Source of the DNA: Tepidisphaera sp.
GTDB taxonomy: Bacteria > Planctomycetota > Phycisphaerae > Phycisphaerales > UBA1924
Direction: 5' to 3'
Assembly (NCBI GenBank): GCA_050916045.1
Contig: CP051526.1
Coordinates: forward strand, 1,088,001-1,152,000
Length of the DNA stretch: 64,000 bases
Shown here: positions 21,389 to 31,895 of the stretch, one piece after another
Layout of the letters: every line of letters begins with the position of its first letter
How positions within the stretch are numbered: the first letter of the stretch is position 1
Made by a program: the position numbers and the translations under genes
The notes under the pieces: model-generated
The model's input: the letters and a program-made list of their open reading frames with translations, nothing else
Databases searched by the model: none
What the model was told of the DNA's origin: nothing

Positions 21389-22612
21389 CTACCTCACCCG
21401 CGTCACCGTCGTCTTCTGCACCGCCGTCGACTTCCCAGCTTTCCCCGCGCCAAGCTTGAGCTCCGCATCAAGCGTCTGCGTCGACGTCAGCGACTCCACG
21501 AACCCATCCTCCGTGTTCCACACGTACGACCCCTCGTGCGTCACCGCGTTCAGCTTGAACGGCACGCCCGGCTGCTGCGCCGCCGACCCGCTTTGCATGC
21601 TCCCCTTGATCCCGATCGTCGCTTTCCCCCCGCGAGCCTCGCGCACGGTGTACGTCGTGCTCATCTCAAGCGGCCCCGTCAGCGCAAGGTCGATCTTGTC
21701 CCGCGTCGTCCACGTATCGCCCACGCGAGCCGTCGGCCGCGTCTTGTCCACCGTAAAGATCCCGCCGAAAAGGCCCTTCGCACCGCCCCCGTTCCCGCCC
21801 GGAGTACCCGGCATCCCGCCCGCTTCTCCAAACAACGCCGCGAACTTTTCCCCGCCCTCCACCTTCGTCACGTTCCCGTTCTTGTCCACCGTCAGCTTGA
21901 GCACATCACCCACAAGCGGACGCAGCGCCTGCTCCAGCGGCGGCGTACCCGCGAACTCCGAAAGCGGATCCGCCGGCTTCTTGGGCGCAGGCTTCGGAGG
22001 CTTGGTGCTATCAAACTCGTCCGTCATCCAGTCCGACTCGATCTTCATCTTGATCGACTCAAACACCACCTCGACCGTCGCTTCCCCCTCCTCGCTCACC
22101 GCCGTCGGCCGAAACACAAGCACAAACTCCTGAGTCGTTTTGCTCTTGTTCTCATCCTCCGACCCCGGTTTACTGTTCGGCGCCGGCGTGTTCGGCCCGC
22201 CCGGAAGCGGCTTGCCGTCCGGATCCTCGAAAAGCCCCGGCATCGTCGTCGTGCTCTCGCTCGTGTTCCCCATCTTGAGGCGGAACTCCTGCCCGACCTT
22301 GAACTTCGGCCGAAGGTCAATCATCCCGCGCGTTCCCGGTCCGGACGGGTCCAGCGAAGGCGGCGTCGTGGGCGTCGCTGGCGGTGTGGCAGGGGGCGTC
22401 GACGGAGACGGTGCAGGAGTGGGGGAGGGCGTCGTCGGCGGAGCCGAAGGCTCCTTGATCGGCGCCGGCGGCTTCGTCGGTCCAGGCGTCGGAAGCGGCG
22501 CAGGATCAGGCTGGGCCGGTTTCTTCCCCGGCTGCGCGACCGCGCCCAAAGCCATGCCCGAAGCCATCACCGCGACCAGACCCGTCGTCCAAACCCGCTT
22601 CATCGTTCGCAT
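21389..22612 (-). CDS. Secreted Pro-rich protein, DUF6263-like beta domain
   Basis: Signal peptide, Pro-rich linker, 'LRPKFKVGQ', 'LTVDKNGNVTKVEG', 'VGDTW' motifs. Confidence 0.7.
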   Translation of the reverse strand: MRTMKRVWTTGLVAVMASGMALGAVAQPGKKPAQPDPAPLPTPGPTKPPAPIKEPSAPPTTPSPTPAPSPSTPPATPPATPTTPPSLDPSGPGTRGMIDLRPKFKVGQEFRLKMGNTSESTTTMPGLFEDPDGKPLPGGPNTPAPNSKPGSEDENKSKTTQEFVLVFRPTAVSEEGEATVEVVFESIKMKIESDWMTDEFDSTKPPKPAPKKPADPLSEFAGTPPLEQALRPLVGDVLKLTVDKNGNVTKVEGGEKFAALFGEAGGMPGTPGGNGGGAKGLFGGIFTVDKTRPTARVGDTWTTRDKIDLALTGPLEMSTTYTVREARGGKATIGIKGSMQSGSAAQQPGVPFKLNAVTHEGSYVWNTEDGFVESLTSTQTLDAELKLGAGKAGKSTAVQKTTVTRVR

Positions 22613-22809
22613 GTCGCGCCCCTTTCATGCTCGGCATCTCGCCGGCCGCACCTCGCCCGATCCCCATCCCGCCCGCGAATCATACGGATACATCGACCAC
22701 CCGGGTCCGAGAGTTCACCCGCTTGAAACCCTTTCGACTTCCGCCTTCTGCCCCCCAACACTCACCCATCACCCCACACGCCCCAACGCACCCCTCGCAG
22801 GAGCCCGCG

Positions 22810-23331
22810 ATGCACGTTCACCTCACCACCACCCTCGGCGACATCGTCATCAAGCTCGACGCCGAAAAAGCCCCCGAATCCGCCAAGAACTTCCTCGCCT
22901 ACGTCGACGCGGGCCACTACGCCGGCACCATCTTCCACCGCGTCATCCCCGGCTTCATGATCCAGGGCGGCGGCCTCACCAAGGACATGGTCCAGAAGGA
23001 AACCCGCCCCGGCGTCGTCAATGAATGGAAGAACGGCCTCAAAAACGTCAAGGGCGCCGTCGCGATGGCCCGCCTCGGCGGCCGCCCCGACTCCGGCACC
23101 TGCCAGTTCTTCATCAACACCGTCGACAACGACTTCCTCGACCGCCCCCAGCCCGACGGCGCCGCCTACGCCGTCTTCGGCAAGGTCGTCAGTGGCATGG
23201 ACACCGTCGAGAAAATCCGCAACGTCCCCACCGGCAACAAAGGCCAGTACGGCGACGTTCCCAAGACCGCAATCGAGATCACCGGCGCCAAACGTCTCTC
23301 CGACGCGGAAGCCAAAGCACTCGTCGGCTGA
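22810..23331 (+). CDS. Cyclophilin-type peptidyl-prolyl cis-trans isomerase
   Basis: AKNFLAYV..GHYAGTIFHRVIPGFMIQGGG; QFFIN; YAVFGKV. Confidence 0.96.
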   Translation: MHVHLTTTLGDIVIKLDAEKAPESAKNFLAYVDAGHYAGTIFHRVIPGFMIQGGGLTKDMVQKETRPGVVNEWKNGLKNVKGAVAMARLGGRPDSGTCQFFINTVDNDFLDRPQPDGAAYAVFGKVVSGMDTVEKIRNVPTGNKGQYGDVPKTAIEITGAKRLSDAEAKALVG

Positions 23332-23370
23332 GTTCACCATCCCCGCAGCGGGACAACCGGGAGCGACCCA

Positions 23371-24513
23371 ATGCTGATGGCCGATCTGATCGCCGCGATG
23401 GAACGCATCGCACCACTCGCCCACGCCGAACCGTGGGACAAGGTCGGTCTCCTCGTCGGCTCCCCGCGCCACGAGCTCACCGGGCCCGTCCTCCTCACCA
23501 TCGACCTCACCGAACGCGTCCTCGCCGAAGCCATCGAAGCCGAAGCCTCCGCCGTCATCGCCTACCACCCGCCCATCTGGGACCCCCTCGCCCGCATCAC
23601 CGACGCCACCCCCTCGCAACGCATCGTCCTCGGCGCCATCGAACGCGGCATCAGCATCTACTCACCCCACACCGCGCTCGACGCCGTCCCCGGCGGCATC
23701 ACCGACTGGCTCTGCGAAGGCCTCTCCGGCGGCGACAACTCCGGCAAAATCAACGGCGACTGCCGCGCACTCACCCCGCACCACGACCGCCCCGCGACCG
23801 AAGAAGCCAAGATCGTCACCTTCGTCCCCGCCACCCACGTCGAAACCGTCCGCAACGCCCTCGCCACCGCCGGCGCAGGAATCATCGGCGGCTACAAGGT
23901 CTGCTCCTTCAGCACCGCCGGCGCCGGAACCTTCCTCGGCGGCGAAGGCACCAAGCCCGCCGTCGGCGAAGCAGGACGCCTCGAATCCGTCCCCGAAGTC
24001 CGCCTCGAGATGGTCTGCTCCAAAGCCGCACTCCCCCTCGCCGTTCAAACCCTCCGCCGCTTCCACCCCTACGAAACCCCCGCTTTCGAAGTCTACGAAC
24101 TCCTCCCCAAGCCCCAGCGCGATTTCGGCGCCGGCCGCCGCCTCGTCCTCGACCGCCCCGTCTCCGTCGATGAACTCGCCCTGCGGCTCAAAGCCTTCCT
24201 CGGCAACCCCTACGTCCGCATCGCCGACGCCGGACACACCGGCCCCGTCCGCACCATCGGCGTCTGCCCCGGCTCGGGCTCATCGCTCCTCTCGGTCGCC
24301 AAAGCCGAAGGCTGCGAGGTCTTCGTCACCGGCGAACTCTCGCACCACCAGGTCATCGCGACCCTCCATAGCGGCGTCTCCGTCATCCTCGGTGAGCACA
24401 CAGGCACCGAACGCGGATTCCTCCCCAGACTCGCCTCCCGCCTCGCCGAAAGCCTGCCCGGCATCTCGATCGTGGTGAGCACGGCCGACCGCGACCCCCT
24501 CCGCACCGTCTGA
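23371..24513 (+). CDS. Nif3-like dinuclear metal centre protein with PII-like insertion
   Basis: WDKVGLLVG, YHPPI, HTALDA, HPYETPA, GELSHH, HTGTER. Confidence 0.93.
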   Translation: MLMADLIAAMERIAPLAHAEPWDKVGLLVGSPRHELTGPVLLTIDLTERVLAEAIEAEASAVIAYHPPIWDPLARITDATPSQRIVLGAIERGISIYSPHTALDAVPGGITDWLCEGLSGGDNSGKINGDCRALTPHHDRPATEEAKIVTFVPATHVETVRNALATAGAGIIGGYKVCSFSTAGAGTFLGGEGTKPAVGEAGRLESVPEVRLEMVCSKAALPLAVQTLRRFHPYETPAFEVYELLPKPQRDFGAGRRLVLDRPVSVDELALRLKAFLGNPYVRIADAGHTGPVRTIGVCPGSGSSLLSVAKAEGCEVFVTGELSHHQVIATLHSGVSVILGEHTGTERGFLPRLASRLAESLPGISIVVSTADRDPLRTV

Positions 24514-24522
24514 GACCCACGC

Positions 24523-25092
24523 ATGGGAACCATGGAACCCGTCACCGGACCGCTCAGAGACGGCCGCGCCATCGTCGTCCGCATCGCCAGCCCCGAGGAT
24601 GCCGACGCCTACAACGCCCTCATCACGCAAGCCACCTCCGACGTCAACGCCGTCACCGAGCTCGACGAAGCCGCCGAGGCGTGCAAGTCCCGCGCAACCC
24701 GGATCCGAGAAGCCCACGAAAACCCCCAGGAGTTGCTCCTCGTCGCCGAGTGTGATGGCACACTTGTGGGCGAACTCTCCTTCTCCGCGCCCACCCTCCG
24801 TCGCGTGGCCCACCGCGGCAGGTTCGGCATCTACGTCGCTTCCGGTTTCCGCGGCGTCGGCGTCGGTGAAGCCTTGATCCGGGCTCTGCTCAACTGGGCC
24901 GCCGCCCACCCCGTCATCGAAAAAGTCAGACTCGGCGTCCTTTCTTCCAACCCCGGAGCCATCCGCCTGTATCTCAAGCTCGGGTTCGTTGAAGAAGCGC
25001 GAAGGTCGCGCGAGTTTCGCATGCCCGGAGGTCGCTACGCCGACGACATCCTCATGGCACGCTACGTCAAGCCCTTGCTTCCCCCACGTTGA
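24523..25092 (+). CDS. GNAT N-acetyltransferase
   Basis: FRGVGVGEALI, NPGAIRLYLKLGF. Confidence 0.88.
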   Translation: MGTMEPVTGPLRDGRAIVVRIASPEDADAYNALITQATSDVNAVTELDEAAEACKSRATRIREAHENPQELLLVAECDGTLVGELSFSAPTLRRVAHRGRFGIYVASGFRGVGVGEALIRALLNWAAAHPVIEKVRLGVLSSNPGAIRLYLKLGFVEEARRSREFRMPGGRYADDILMARYVKPLLPPR

Positions 25093-25155
25093 CCCACGCC
25101 CGACCGTCGATTTTCTGTTGGGATCCGGACTTCCCACCGCTACACTGATCCCGGC

Positions 25156-26574
25156 ATGATCCCCCCGTCCCCAGATCCCAAAGCCGCACGCCGCCCCGTC
25201 GAGATCGACGTCGCCGCCGCCGCAGTTCCGCGCACCTTCGACGAAACCCTCGCGTTCCTCTCCGCCCGCACCGATGTCGAACGCCTCCGCCCCACGCGCG
25301 TCACCCCCGGAACCTTCCGCCTCGACCGCATGGAAGCCCTCGTCGATGCCCTCGGCCGACCCGACCACGAGTTCAAATCCATCCACGTCGCCGGCTCCAA
25401 GGGCAAGGGAAGCGTCTGCGAGATGACCGCCGCCGCTCTCGCCGGCTGCGGCTACGCCGTCGGCCTCTACACCAGCCCTCACCTCGTCGATCTCCGCGAA
25501 CGCATCCGCATCGGCGGCCAGTGGATCAGCCCCGCCGACTTCGCCGACGCCGTCGCGACAGTGGCCCGCGCCCTCCCCGCCGTCGAGAAGAAACACGGGC
25601 CCGCCACCTACTTCGAAATCCTCACCGCCGCTTCCTTCGTCCACTTCGCCCAGCAAGCCGTCGACTTCGCCGTCATCGAAGTCGGCCTCGGCGGACGCCT
25701 CGATTCCACCAACGTCATCTGCCCCGAGGTCGCCGCCGTCACCTCCATCCAGCTCGAACACACCCAGCTCCTCGGCGACACCCTCGCCAAGATCGCCGCC
25801 GAAAAGGCGGGCATCTTCAAGAAGGACGTCCAAGCCCTCACCGTCCCGCAGAAACCCGAAGTCCTCGAGGTCTTCCGCGAGACCGCCAAAGCCGTCGGCT
25901 GCCCGCTCTCCATCCTCGGCGAGGACCTCGAGTTCTCCCAAAGGTTCGAAGCCAACCCCGAGCTCGGCCCGCACCACCGCGTCTGCCTCTTCACCCCACG
26001 CTCCACCTTCGAACACATCGCCTCGCCCCTCAAGGGCGACCACCAAGCCGTCAACTGCGGCCTTTCCCTCGCCATCGTCGATGCGCTCCGCCAGCGCGGC
26101 CACGCCCTCCCCGACCGCGGCATCGCCGAAGGCCTCGCGAAAGCCTCCGCCCAAGGCCGCCTTGAGTTCATCCACCAGACCCCCCGCCTCATGATCGACG
26201 GCGCCCACACCCCAGACTCCATCCAGGCGCTGCTCCGCTCCGTCAGCACCCACTACAAGTTCGACAATCTCATCGTCGTCTTCGGATGCTCTTCCGACAA
26301 GGACGCTCCCGGCATGATGGCCAAGCTTGTCGGCGGCGCCGACAAGGTCATCCTCACGCGAGCGACCGACTCGTCCCGAGCCGTCGAACCCCGCGACCTC
26401 TATCGCAAGTTCGTCGAGTTGACATCCAAGCCCGCCCAGGTCGCGCCCACCGTCAAGGACGCCATCAACCTCGCCGCCAAAGCCGCCCAGCGCGGCGACC
26501 TCATCATCGTGACGGGAAGCTTCCTCGTCGCCGGCGAAGCCAAACGCCTCTTCGAAGAGAAATCCCGCGCCTAA
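25156..26574 (+). CDS. folC: Folylpolyglutamate synthase/dihydrofolate synthase
   Basis: HVAGSKGKGS, YTSPHLVDLRERI, EVGLGGRLDSTN, DGAH, VTGS. Confidence 0.95.
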   Translation: MIPPSPDPKAARRPVEIDVAAAAVPRTFDETLAFLSARTDVERLRPTRVTPGTFRLDRMEALVDALGRPDHEFKSIHVAGSKGKGSVCEMTAAALAGCGYAVGLYTSPHLVDLRERIRIGGQWISPADFADAVATVARALPAVEKKHGPATYFEILTAASFVHFAQQAVDFAVIEVGLGGRLDSTNVICPEVAAVTSIQLEHTQLLGDTLAKIAAEKAGIFKKDVQALTVPQKPEVLEVFRETAKAVGCPLSILGEDLEFSQRFEANPELGPHHRVCLFTPRSTFEHIASPLKGDHQAVNCGLSLAIVDALRQRGHALPDRGIAEGLAKASAQGRLEFIHQTPRLMIDGAHTPDSIQALLRSVSTHYKFDNLIVVFGCSSDKDAPGMMAKLVGGADKVILTRATDSSRAVEPRDLYRKFVELTSKPAQVAPTVKDAINLAAKAAQRGDLIIVTGSFLVAGEAKRLFEEKSRA

Positions 26575-26644
26575 CCCGCGAGCCGGGGCGTGTCGCCCCG
26601 CCCGACGCCTCTGATCGATCATCCGCAACCGCGCCAGCCCCGGC

Positions 26645-28723
26645 TCAGCTCGTCGGCCCCGCCGCATGATCCGAAAGCACCTGCCCGCGGGCCATCCCAC
26701 GCCCCGTCGCCCGCTTCAGCGACTCGTGCTTCTTCAGCCATTCCGTCACCGCGATCACGAACGTCGCGTGGCTCCACGTCAACGGCGACACAGAGATCGG
26801 AGCGCCCGTGTACGGGTGATACTGCTCCGCCAGCACGCCCGACTCCGCCGCCCGGTACGTCGTCCAGTTGATGAGGTCCATCGCTTCGCGAAGCTCATCC
26901 GCCGTCGTCGCCACCGCCGTCAGCCACTGCGCCTGCCAAAGCGTGCAGATGATCCACGGATTGCCCGGCACCGCGTCCGTCGTGTCCTTCTCGACCTGGT
27001 GGTAATAGTCGCGCTCGTACCGAGCGCACCCGCCGATCGCCGTCCTCACGCTCAGCTTCTGCCGAAGCTGGATCATCTCGCTCCGCATCCGCGGATCGTG
27101 CGGCTCCAGCGCGCCGAACGCAAAGAGCGCGAAGTTCGCCGAGTCCGCCGTCATGTCAAGCACGTACGGCGACCCCGCCACGCCCACCGCCGGCCCGACA
27201 CCCACGCCCCCCGCGCCCGCCGACGCCGCCGGCCGCGCCATCCGGCAAAACCGCTCGTACTCCCCGTGCCACATGTGCTTCTTCAGCGCCGAACGCATCT
27301 TGACCGCACCCTCGCGGAAGACTGCTTCCCGGTCGTACTCGCCGAAATCCCGCGCGAAGTCCGCTGCGGCCACCAGCGCCCCGATCGTCGCCGCGACCGT
27401 GAACGTGTGGATCCCGCGCCGCTCCTCCCACAGGTCCCACGACTGCTGCGGCAGCCCGTTCGCGTCCCGATACTTCAGCATCCACTCCGCCGGCCGCACG
27501 ATCAGCGCGTTGTAAAGCGGCTTGATGAACTCAACGTCCCGGAACGTCTCAAAGTGCCGCCGCAGCGCCCACGTCACCAGCGCCGTCTCGTCCTGCTGGA
27601 TCGGCAGAATCCGCTGTCCGTCGATCATCCACGGATGCCAGCTGCTCGCAAGCTGCCCCGCCGGCGTGTACTTGTGCAGGAAGTACCCCTCCTCCTCGAT
27701 GATGTCCGCGCAGTACCGGAAGAAGTTTCGCGAAAGCTCGCTCTGCCCCGCAAGCACCAGCGCGTACGCCACCATCGCCCCGTCACGCGGCCAGCAGTAC
27801 GAATAGTGATCTCCCGCGAACTGCTGGATGTCGCTGTCGTTGGCCGCGATGATCGCCCCGTGGTTGTCGATCTGCGTCCGCATCACAAGCTGGCTTCGGT
27901 AGAAAAGATCCCGCACCGGCGACGGCAGCACGCTCACGTCAAGCGGCTCCTTCGTCGCCCAAAGCTTCCAGTACGCCTCCGTCCGCGCCACCATCCGCGG
28001 TGCGCCCTTCTGCTGCACCCGCGCGTTCCGCGTCTTCACCTCCGAATAGCTCCGGCCGACCACAAGCCACGCGTGGAACGACGACTCGCCCCCCGCCGGA
28101 ACGTCCAGGTGCACGCCCACCGTCGCGTCCACCGACCCCTGGCTGATCGCGTTGCGACCAAGCTTCCCATCCTCCGCGTCCCGCCACGTCCCCTCCGCAC
28201 CGCCGATCCGCTTGGTGCCGATCGCCCACTCGTCGATCCCGCACTTGTTCGGGTCGCACATGTTGAACAGGAAGTAGATGTCGTCCTTGTAAAAGACCAT
28301 GCTCGCCGTCGCCGGGTCGTAGTTCGCCGTGTCGCCCACCGGATTGCCGCGGATCGAAAGATCCCAGTGGAAAAACACCCGCACATCCCGAGGCTTGCCC
28401 GTCAGGTCCCGCACATTCACCACCCGGAAGTACACCGGCTCGTGAAAGTCCACCGCATCCTCGCACTTGATCTCAAGCCCGAGTTCCTCGTGCACCAGCG
28501 TGACGTCCGTCACAAGCGTGTCCGGCTTGTACTTCAGCACCCGCTTCCAGCCCGGATCCTCCATCCACGCGATCCGCCCGTCGGCCCAGATGCCAAACCG
28601 CTGGATCGCACCCTCCGTGTGGTTGTACCACCCGACGTGCGGGAAGTAGATGTCACGCACCCGGTAGAGGTGATCGAAGGTGATGAGGAGGTCGCCGTTG
28701 CCGACGGGAATGTCGCGGGGCAT
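26645..28723 (-). CDS. Glycoside hydrolase family 15 (glucoamylase-like)
   Basis: YSYCWPRDG, QQDETA, DLWEER, RYERDYY, LAEQ...SPLTWSHA. Confidence 0.93.
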   Translation of the reverse strand: MPRDIPVGNGDLLITFDHLYRVRDIYFPHVGWYNHTEGAIQRFGIWADGRIAWMEDPGWKRVLKYKPDTLVTDVTLVHEELGLEIKCEDAVDFHEPVYFRVVNVRDLTGKPRDVRVFFHWDLSIRGNPVGDTANYDPATASMVFYKDDIYFLFNMCDPNKCGIDEWAIGTKRIGGAEGTWRDAEDGKLGRNAISQGSVDATVGVHLDVPAGGESSFHAWLVVGRSYSEVKTRNARVQQKGAPRMVARTEAYWKLWATKEPLDVSVLPSPVRDLFYRSQLVMRTQIDNHGAIIAANDSDIQQFAGDHYSYCWPRDGAMVAYALVLAGQSELSRNFFRYCADIIEEEGYFLHKYTPAGQLASSWHPWMIDGQRILPIQQDETALVTWALRRHFETFRDVEFIKPLYNALIVRPAEWMLKYRDANGLPQQSWDLWEERRGIHTFTVAATIGALVAAADFARDFGEYDREAVFREGAVKMRSALKKHMWHGEYERFCRMARPAASAGAGGVGVGPAVGVAGSPYVLDMTADSANFALFAFGALEPHDPRMRSEMIQLRQKLSVRTAIGGCARYERDYYHQVEKDTTDAVPGNPWIICTLWQAQWLTAVATTADELREAMDLINWTTYRAAESGVLAEQYHPYTGAPISVSPLTWSHATFVIAVTEWLKKHESLKRATGRGMARGQVLSDHAAGPTS

Positions 28724-28857
28724 GGGGGGTCTTCCGTGGTCTCAAGCTCAATCCGCCAAAGGTCTGGTCCTCCGACGTCCGGGGAGAATATCGGGCTTTG
28801 CCGCGCCGTTCGTCACCCCGAGCGCACGAACCACGCGATTTTTCCGCGCCCCTCGCC

Positions 28858-29163
28858 CTAGCCGAGCGACGCTTCTGCCTCCGCCGGCGCCTCCGGCGCC
28901 ACCGTCCGCGCCCGCGGGTCCCCGATGTACGTCAGTCGAATCCCGAAATTCTCACCCACCTTCACCGCCGCCCCCGACCCGATCGCACGGTTGTTGATCA
29001 TCAGGTCAAGCTCACCCTCAGCGTCCTTCGCAAGCTCCAGAATCGCTCCTGGCACCAGCCGAAGCACATCCCCAAGCGGAATCTGCCGCGCACCAAGCCG
29101 CACAATCACCGGCACATCAAGCTTCATGATCTGGTTCAGGTTCGGGGACTCGTTGGAAGACAT
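28858..29163 (-). CDS. FliM/FliN C-terminal (SpoA) domain protein
   Basis: LDVPVIVRLG...LVPGAILEL...INNRAIGSGAAVKVGENFGIRL. Confidence 0.85.
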   Translation of the reverse strand: MSSNESPNLNQIMKLDVPVIVRLGARQIPLGDVLRLVPGAILELAKDAEGELDLMINNRAIGSGAAVKVGENFGIRLTYIGDPRARTVAPEAPAEAEASLG

Positions 29164-29259
29164 GCACACTCCGGGAAGAAGGCGGGAATCTCTCCCGACC
29201 GCTCCGCAACCGGCGTGCCACCCGCCCTCCGCCCACCCATCCACGTCTCCCCGCGGTTA

Positions 29260-30978
29260 TCAATACCCCGCCGCGTGTCCATCCTTGCGCGATTCCGACG
29301 CCCCGCAGTACACCCCCGTCACCGGGTCCCGAGCAATCGCCTGGTACCCGCCAAAGCTCCACCGGTGCACCGGCTTGATCGTGTGCCCCCGCCGCGTCAG
29401 TTCCGCGACCACCTCCGGAGCGAACCCCGCCTCCAGATTCAGCTCGCCCCCGTCCGCCATCGACTTGACCTCCCCCTGCGGCTCCGTCGACCCGTTGTGA
29501 TGGATCCGCGGCGCATCCCCCGCCTGCTGAAGCGTCATGCCGAAGTCGATCAGGTTGATCACGATCTGCGCATGCCCCTGCGGCTGCATCGCCCCGCCCA
29601 TCACGCCAAAGCTCATCCACGGCTTGCCACCCTTCGTGATGAACGCCGGGATGATCGTGTGAAACGGCCGCTTGCCCGGCTCCAGCACGTTCGGGTGCCC
29701 CGCCTTCGTCGCGAACTGCTCCCCGCGATTCTGAAGCATGAACCCAAGCCCCGCATCGCGCCCACCCGAAGCCCGCGAAGGAACCATCCCGCTCCCCATC
29801 CCCCGATAGTTCGACTGAATCAGCGACACCATCATCCCGGTCGAGTCCGCCGTCGTCAGGTAAATCGTGTCCGCCCCGCTCGGAATCGCTCCCGGCTCCA
29901 CGACCATCGCCGCTTTCGCCATGTCGATCCTCGCCCGCCGCTCCGCCGCATACCCATCACTCAGCAGGTGCTTGAGCGGCGCCTTCACAAACGCCGGATC
30001 CGCGTAGAACCGCGCCCGATCCTCAAACGCAAGCTTCTTCGCTTCGACAAACGCGTGGACATAGTCCGCCGACCCAAACCCCATCGCCTTGAGATCCATG
30101 CCCTCAAGCATCTTCAGGATCTGCAGCGCCGCGATCCCCTGCCCGTTCGGCGGAATCTCCCACACGTCATACCCGCGATAGTTCACGCTCACCGGGTCCA
30201 CCCACTCGCCCCGATGCGCCGCGAAATCCGAAGCCGCCAGCACCCCGCCCTGCGCCTTCATGTACGCTTCGACCACCTGCGGAAGCTCACCCTCGTAAAA
30301 CGCTCCACGTCCCTCCTCCGCGATCCGCGCCAGCGTCTTCGCCAGATTGGGATTGGTCCAGATCTCGCCCCGCGCCGGAGCTTTCCCCGTCCCCGCAACC
30401 GTGAACTGCTCGGCAAATCCCGGCGACTTCTCAAACCGCTTCGCCGAAACCGCCCACGCTTCCGCGATCTCCGGGCTCAGCGGGAAACCCTCCGTCGCGT
30501 ACCGGATCGCCGGCGCAAGCACCGCTTTCATCGGCAGCACGCCAAACTTCCCGTGCAGCGCGAACCACCCATCCACGCACCCCGGCACCGTCACCGGAAG
30601 CGGCCCGTACGAAGGAATCTCCTTCAGCCCGCGCTCCTTGAGAAGCTCAAGCGTCAACCCCTTCGGCGACCGCCCAGACCCGTTATACCCGTGAAGCTTG
30701 CCCGTCTTCGGATCCCACACGATCGCGAAGAGGTCCCCGCCGATCCCACACCCCGTCGGCTCCATCAACCCCAAGCACGCGTTCGCCGCGATCGCCGCAT
30801 CCAGCGCCGACCCCCCGGCCTGCAGGATGTTCACCGCCGCCTGTGTCGCAAGCGGATGGCTCGTCGCCGCCATCCCGTGCACCGCGTACACCTCCGACCG
30901 CGTCGCTTTCGGAAGCGGCGAAGCCGGCTGAACCTGTGCGGACATCGCCATCGCGGCGAGCAATGAAGCGGTAAGCAT
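29260..30978 (-). CDS. ggt: Gamma-glutamyltransferase
   Basis: EPTGCGIGGD, TVPG, DTIYLTTAD nucleophile region, KRPFHTIIP, GGAMQPQG, ESRKDG. Confidence 0.94.
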   Translation of the reverse strand: MLTASLLAAMAMSAQVQPASPLPKATRSEVYAVHGMAATSHPLATQAAVNILQAGGSALDAAIAANACLGLMEPTGCGIGGDLFAIVWDPKTGKLHGYNGSGRSPKGLTLELLKERGLKEIPSYGPLPVTVPGCVDGWFALHGKFGVLPMKAVLAPAIRYATEGFPLSPEIAEAWAVSAKRFEKSPGFAEQFTVAGTGKAPARGEIWTNPNLAKTLARIAEEGRGAFYEGELPQVVEAYMKAQGGVLAASDFAAHRGEWVDPVSVNYRGYDVWEIPPNGQGIAALQILKMLEGMDLKAMGFGSADYVHAFVEAKKLAFEDRARFYADPAFVKAPLKHLLSDGYAAERRARIDMAKAAMVVEPGAIPSGADTIYLTTADSTGMMVSLIQSNYRGMGSGMVPSRASGGRDAGLGFMLQNRGEQFATKAGHPNVLEPGKRPFHTIIPAFITKGGKPWMSFGVMGGAMQPQGHAQIVINLIDFGMTLQQAGDAPRIHHNGSTEPQGEVKSMADGGELNLEAGFAPEVVAELTRRGHTIKPVHRWSFGGYQAIARDPVTGVYCGASESRKDGHAAGY

Positions 30979-31068
30979 GCGACCAGTATACCTGCGCCGC
31001 TGACTTGAACCGCTTCGGGTCAAGCCAGTGGTGGGTGGCCGTGTCGCCCCTCCTCGCCCACCGCACAA

Positions 31069-31794
31069 CTAGACGCGGTGCTTTCTTGTGAGCTTCGGAA
31101 ACTTGGCCCGCATGATCGCGGGATCATCAAAGTCGAATTCCTCGCCCAGCGGGCTGTCCGGCAATTTCGGCCTCGCTCGAGGGCCGCCTTCCGGCGGCCC
31201 GACCCGCTCGTAGACGTCGTACTTCACGTACGCGAACTCTTCGAACGTCACTCCATGGTCCGTCAGGGACTCCGGAACTTCCGCGAGCGAATCCGGTTCC
31301 GCCAATGCTCGTTCGAAAATGGATCTGCCGCACGAGATGAGCCAGCTGCGAAAATCGATGAAGCCGTCGTCGCCGCACCCGCCGTCCATGATGTACGCCG
31401 CGGCCCACAGGTCCCAGCGGTACGCGCTCATATGGACCGTGTCGAACTGCGCGGAGAACGCATCCAACTCATCCGCCGAGAGCTTCATCAACTCGCTCTT
31501 CAGCGCCGTCATGATGTCCGCCCGATCGATCCGACCGTCCGCTCGGGCAGCCGCGATAATGGACCAAAACCTCTCCTCAGGCATCGGCGGAGCCGGGTTC
31601 GGCGACTTCCACGAAGCCTCTTTGGCTTTGGCACGGTCAAACTTTGGATTCTCCCCCGAGCCGGAACGCGAATTCGCGTCAACCGGACCCGATCCACCTT
31701 TCGGCACGTTCGAGGTGCCCGCCCGATCCTGATTGTCACAGCCGCCAGCGGCGCCCAAGCAAGCGAGAAGCAGCAACGAAGGCACTCGACGCAT
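31069..31794 (-). CDS. DUF4240-like domain lipoprotein
   Basis: Lipobox AAGGC; MPEERFWSII, LWAAAYIMDGGCGDDGFIDFRSWLISCG, FPKL. Confidence 0.8.
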   Translation of the reverse strand: MRRVPSLLLLACLGAAGGCDNQDRAGTSNVPKGGSGPVDANSRSGSGENPKFDRAKAKEASWKSPNPAPPMPEERFWSIIAAARADGRIDRADIMTALKSELMKLSADELDAFSAQFDTVHMSAYRWDLWAAAYIMDGGCGDDGFIDFRSWLISCGRSIFERALAEPDSLAEVPESLTDHGVTFEEFAYVKYDVYERVGPPEGGPRARPKLPDSPLGEEFDFDDPAIMRAKFPKLTRKHRV

Positions 31795-31895
31795 ACCGAT
31801 CTCCTGGGTCAGGTTGGCGCCAAGTGTACAAAGTGTCGTGGATCCCCATCAAGCGGCGGGTGAATTCCCTCGGGCATGCGACCCGGTCCGGAGTA

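Noticed and set aside
27165..27235. Gly/Ala/Val-rich insertion in GH15
   Set aside because: A short low-complexity loop like others in this genome (rluD, ABC ATPase), with no sign of an intein or mobile insert.
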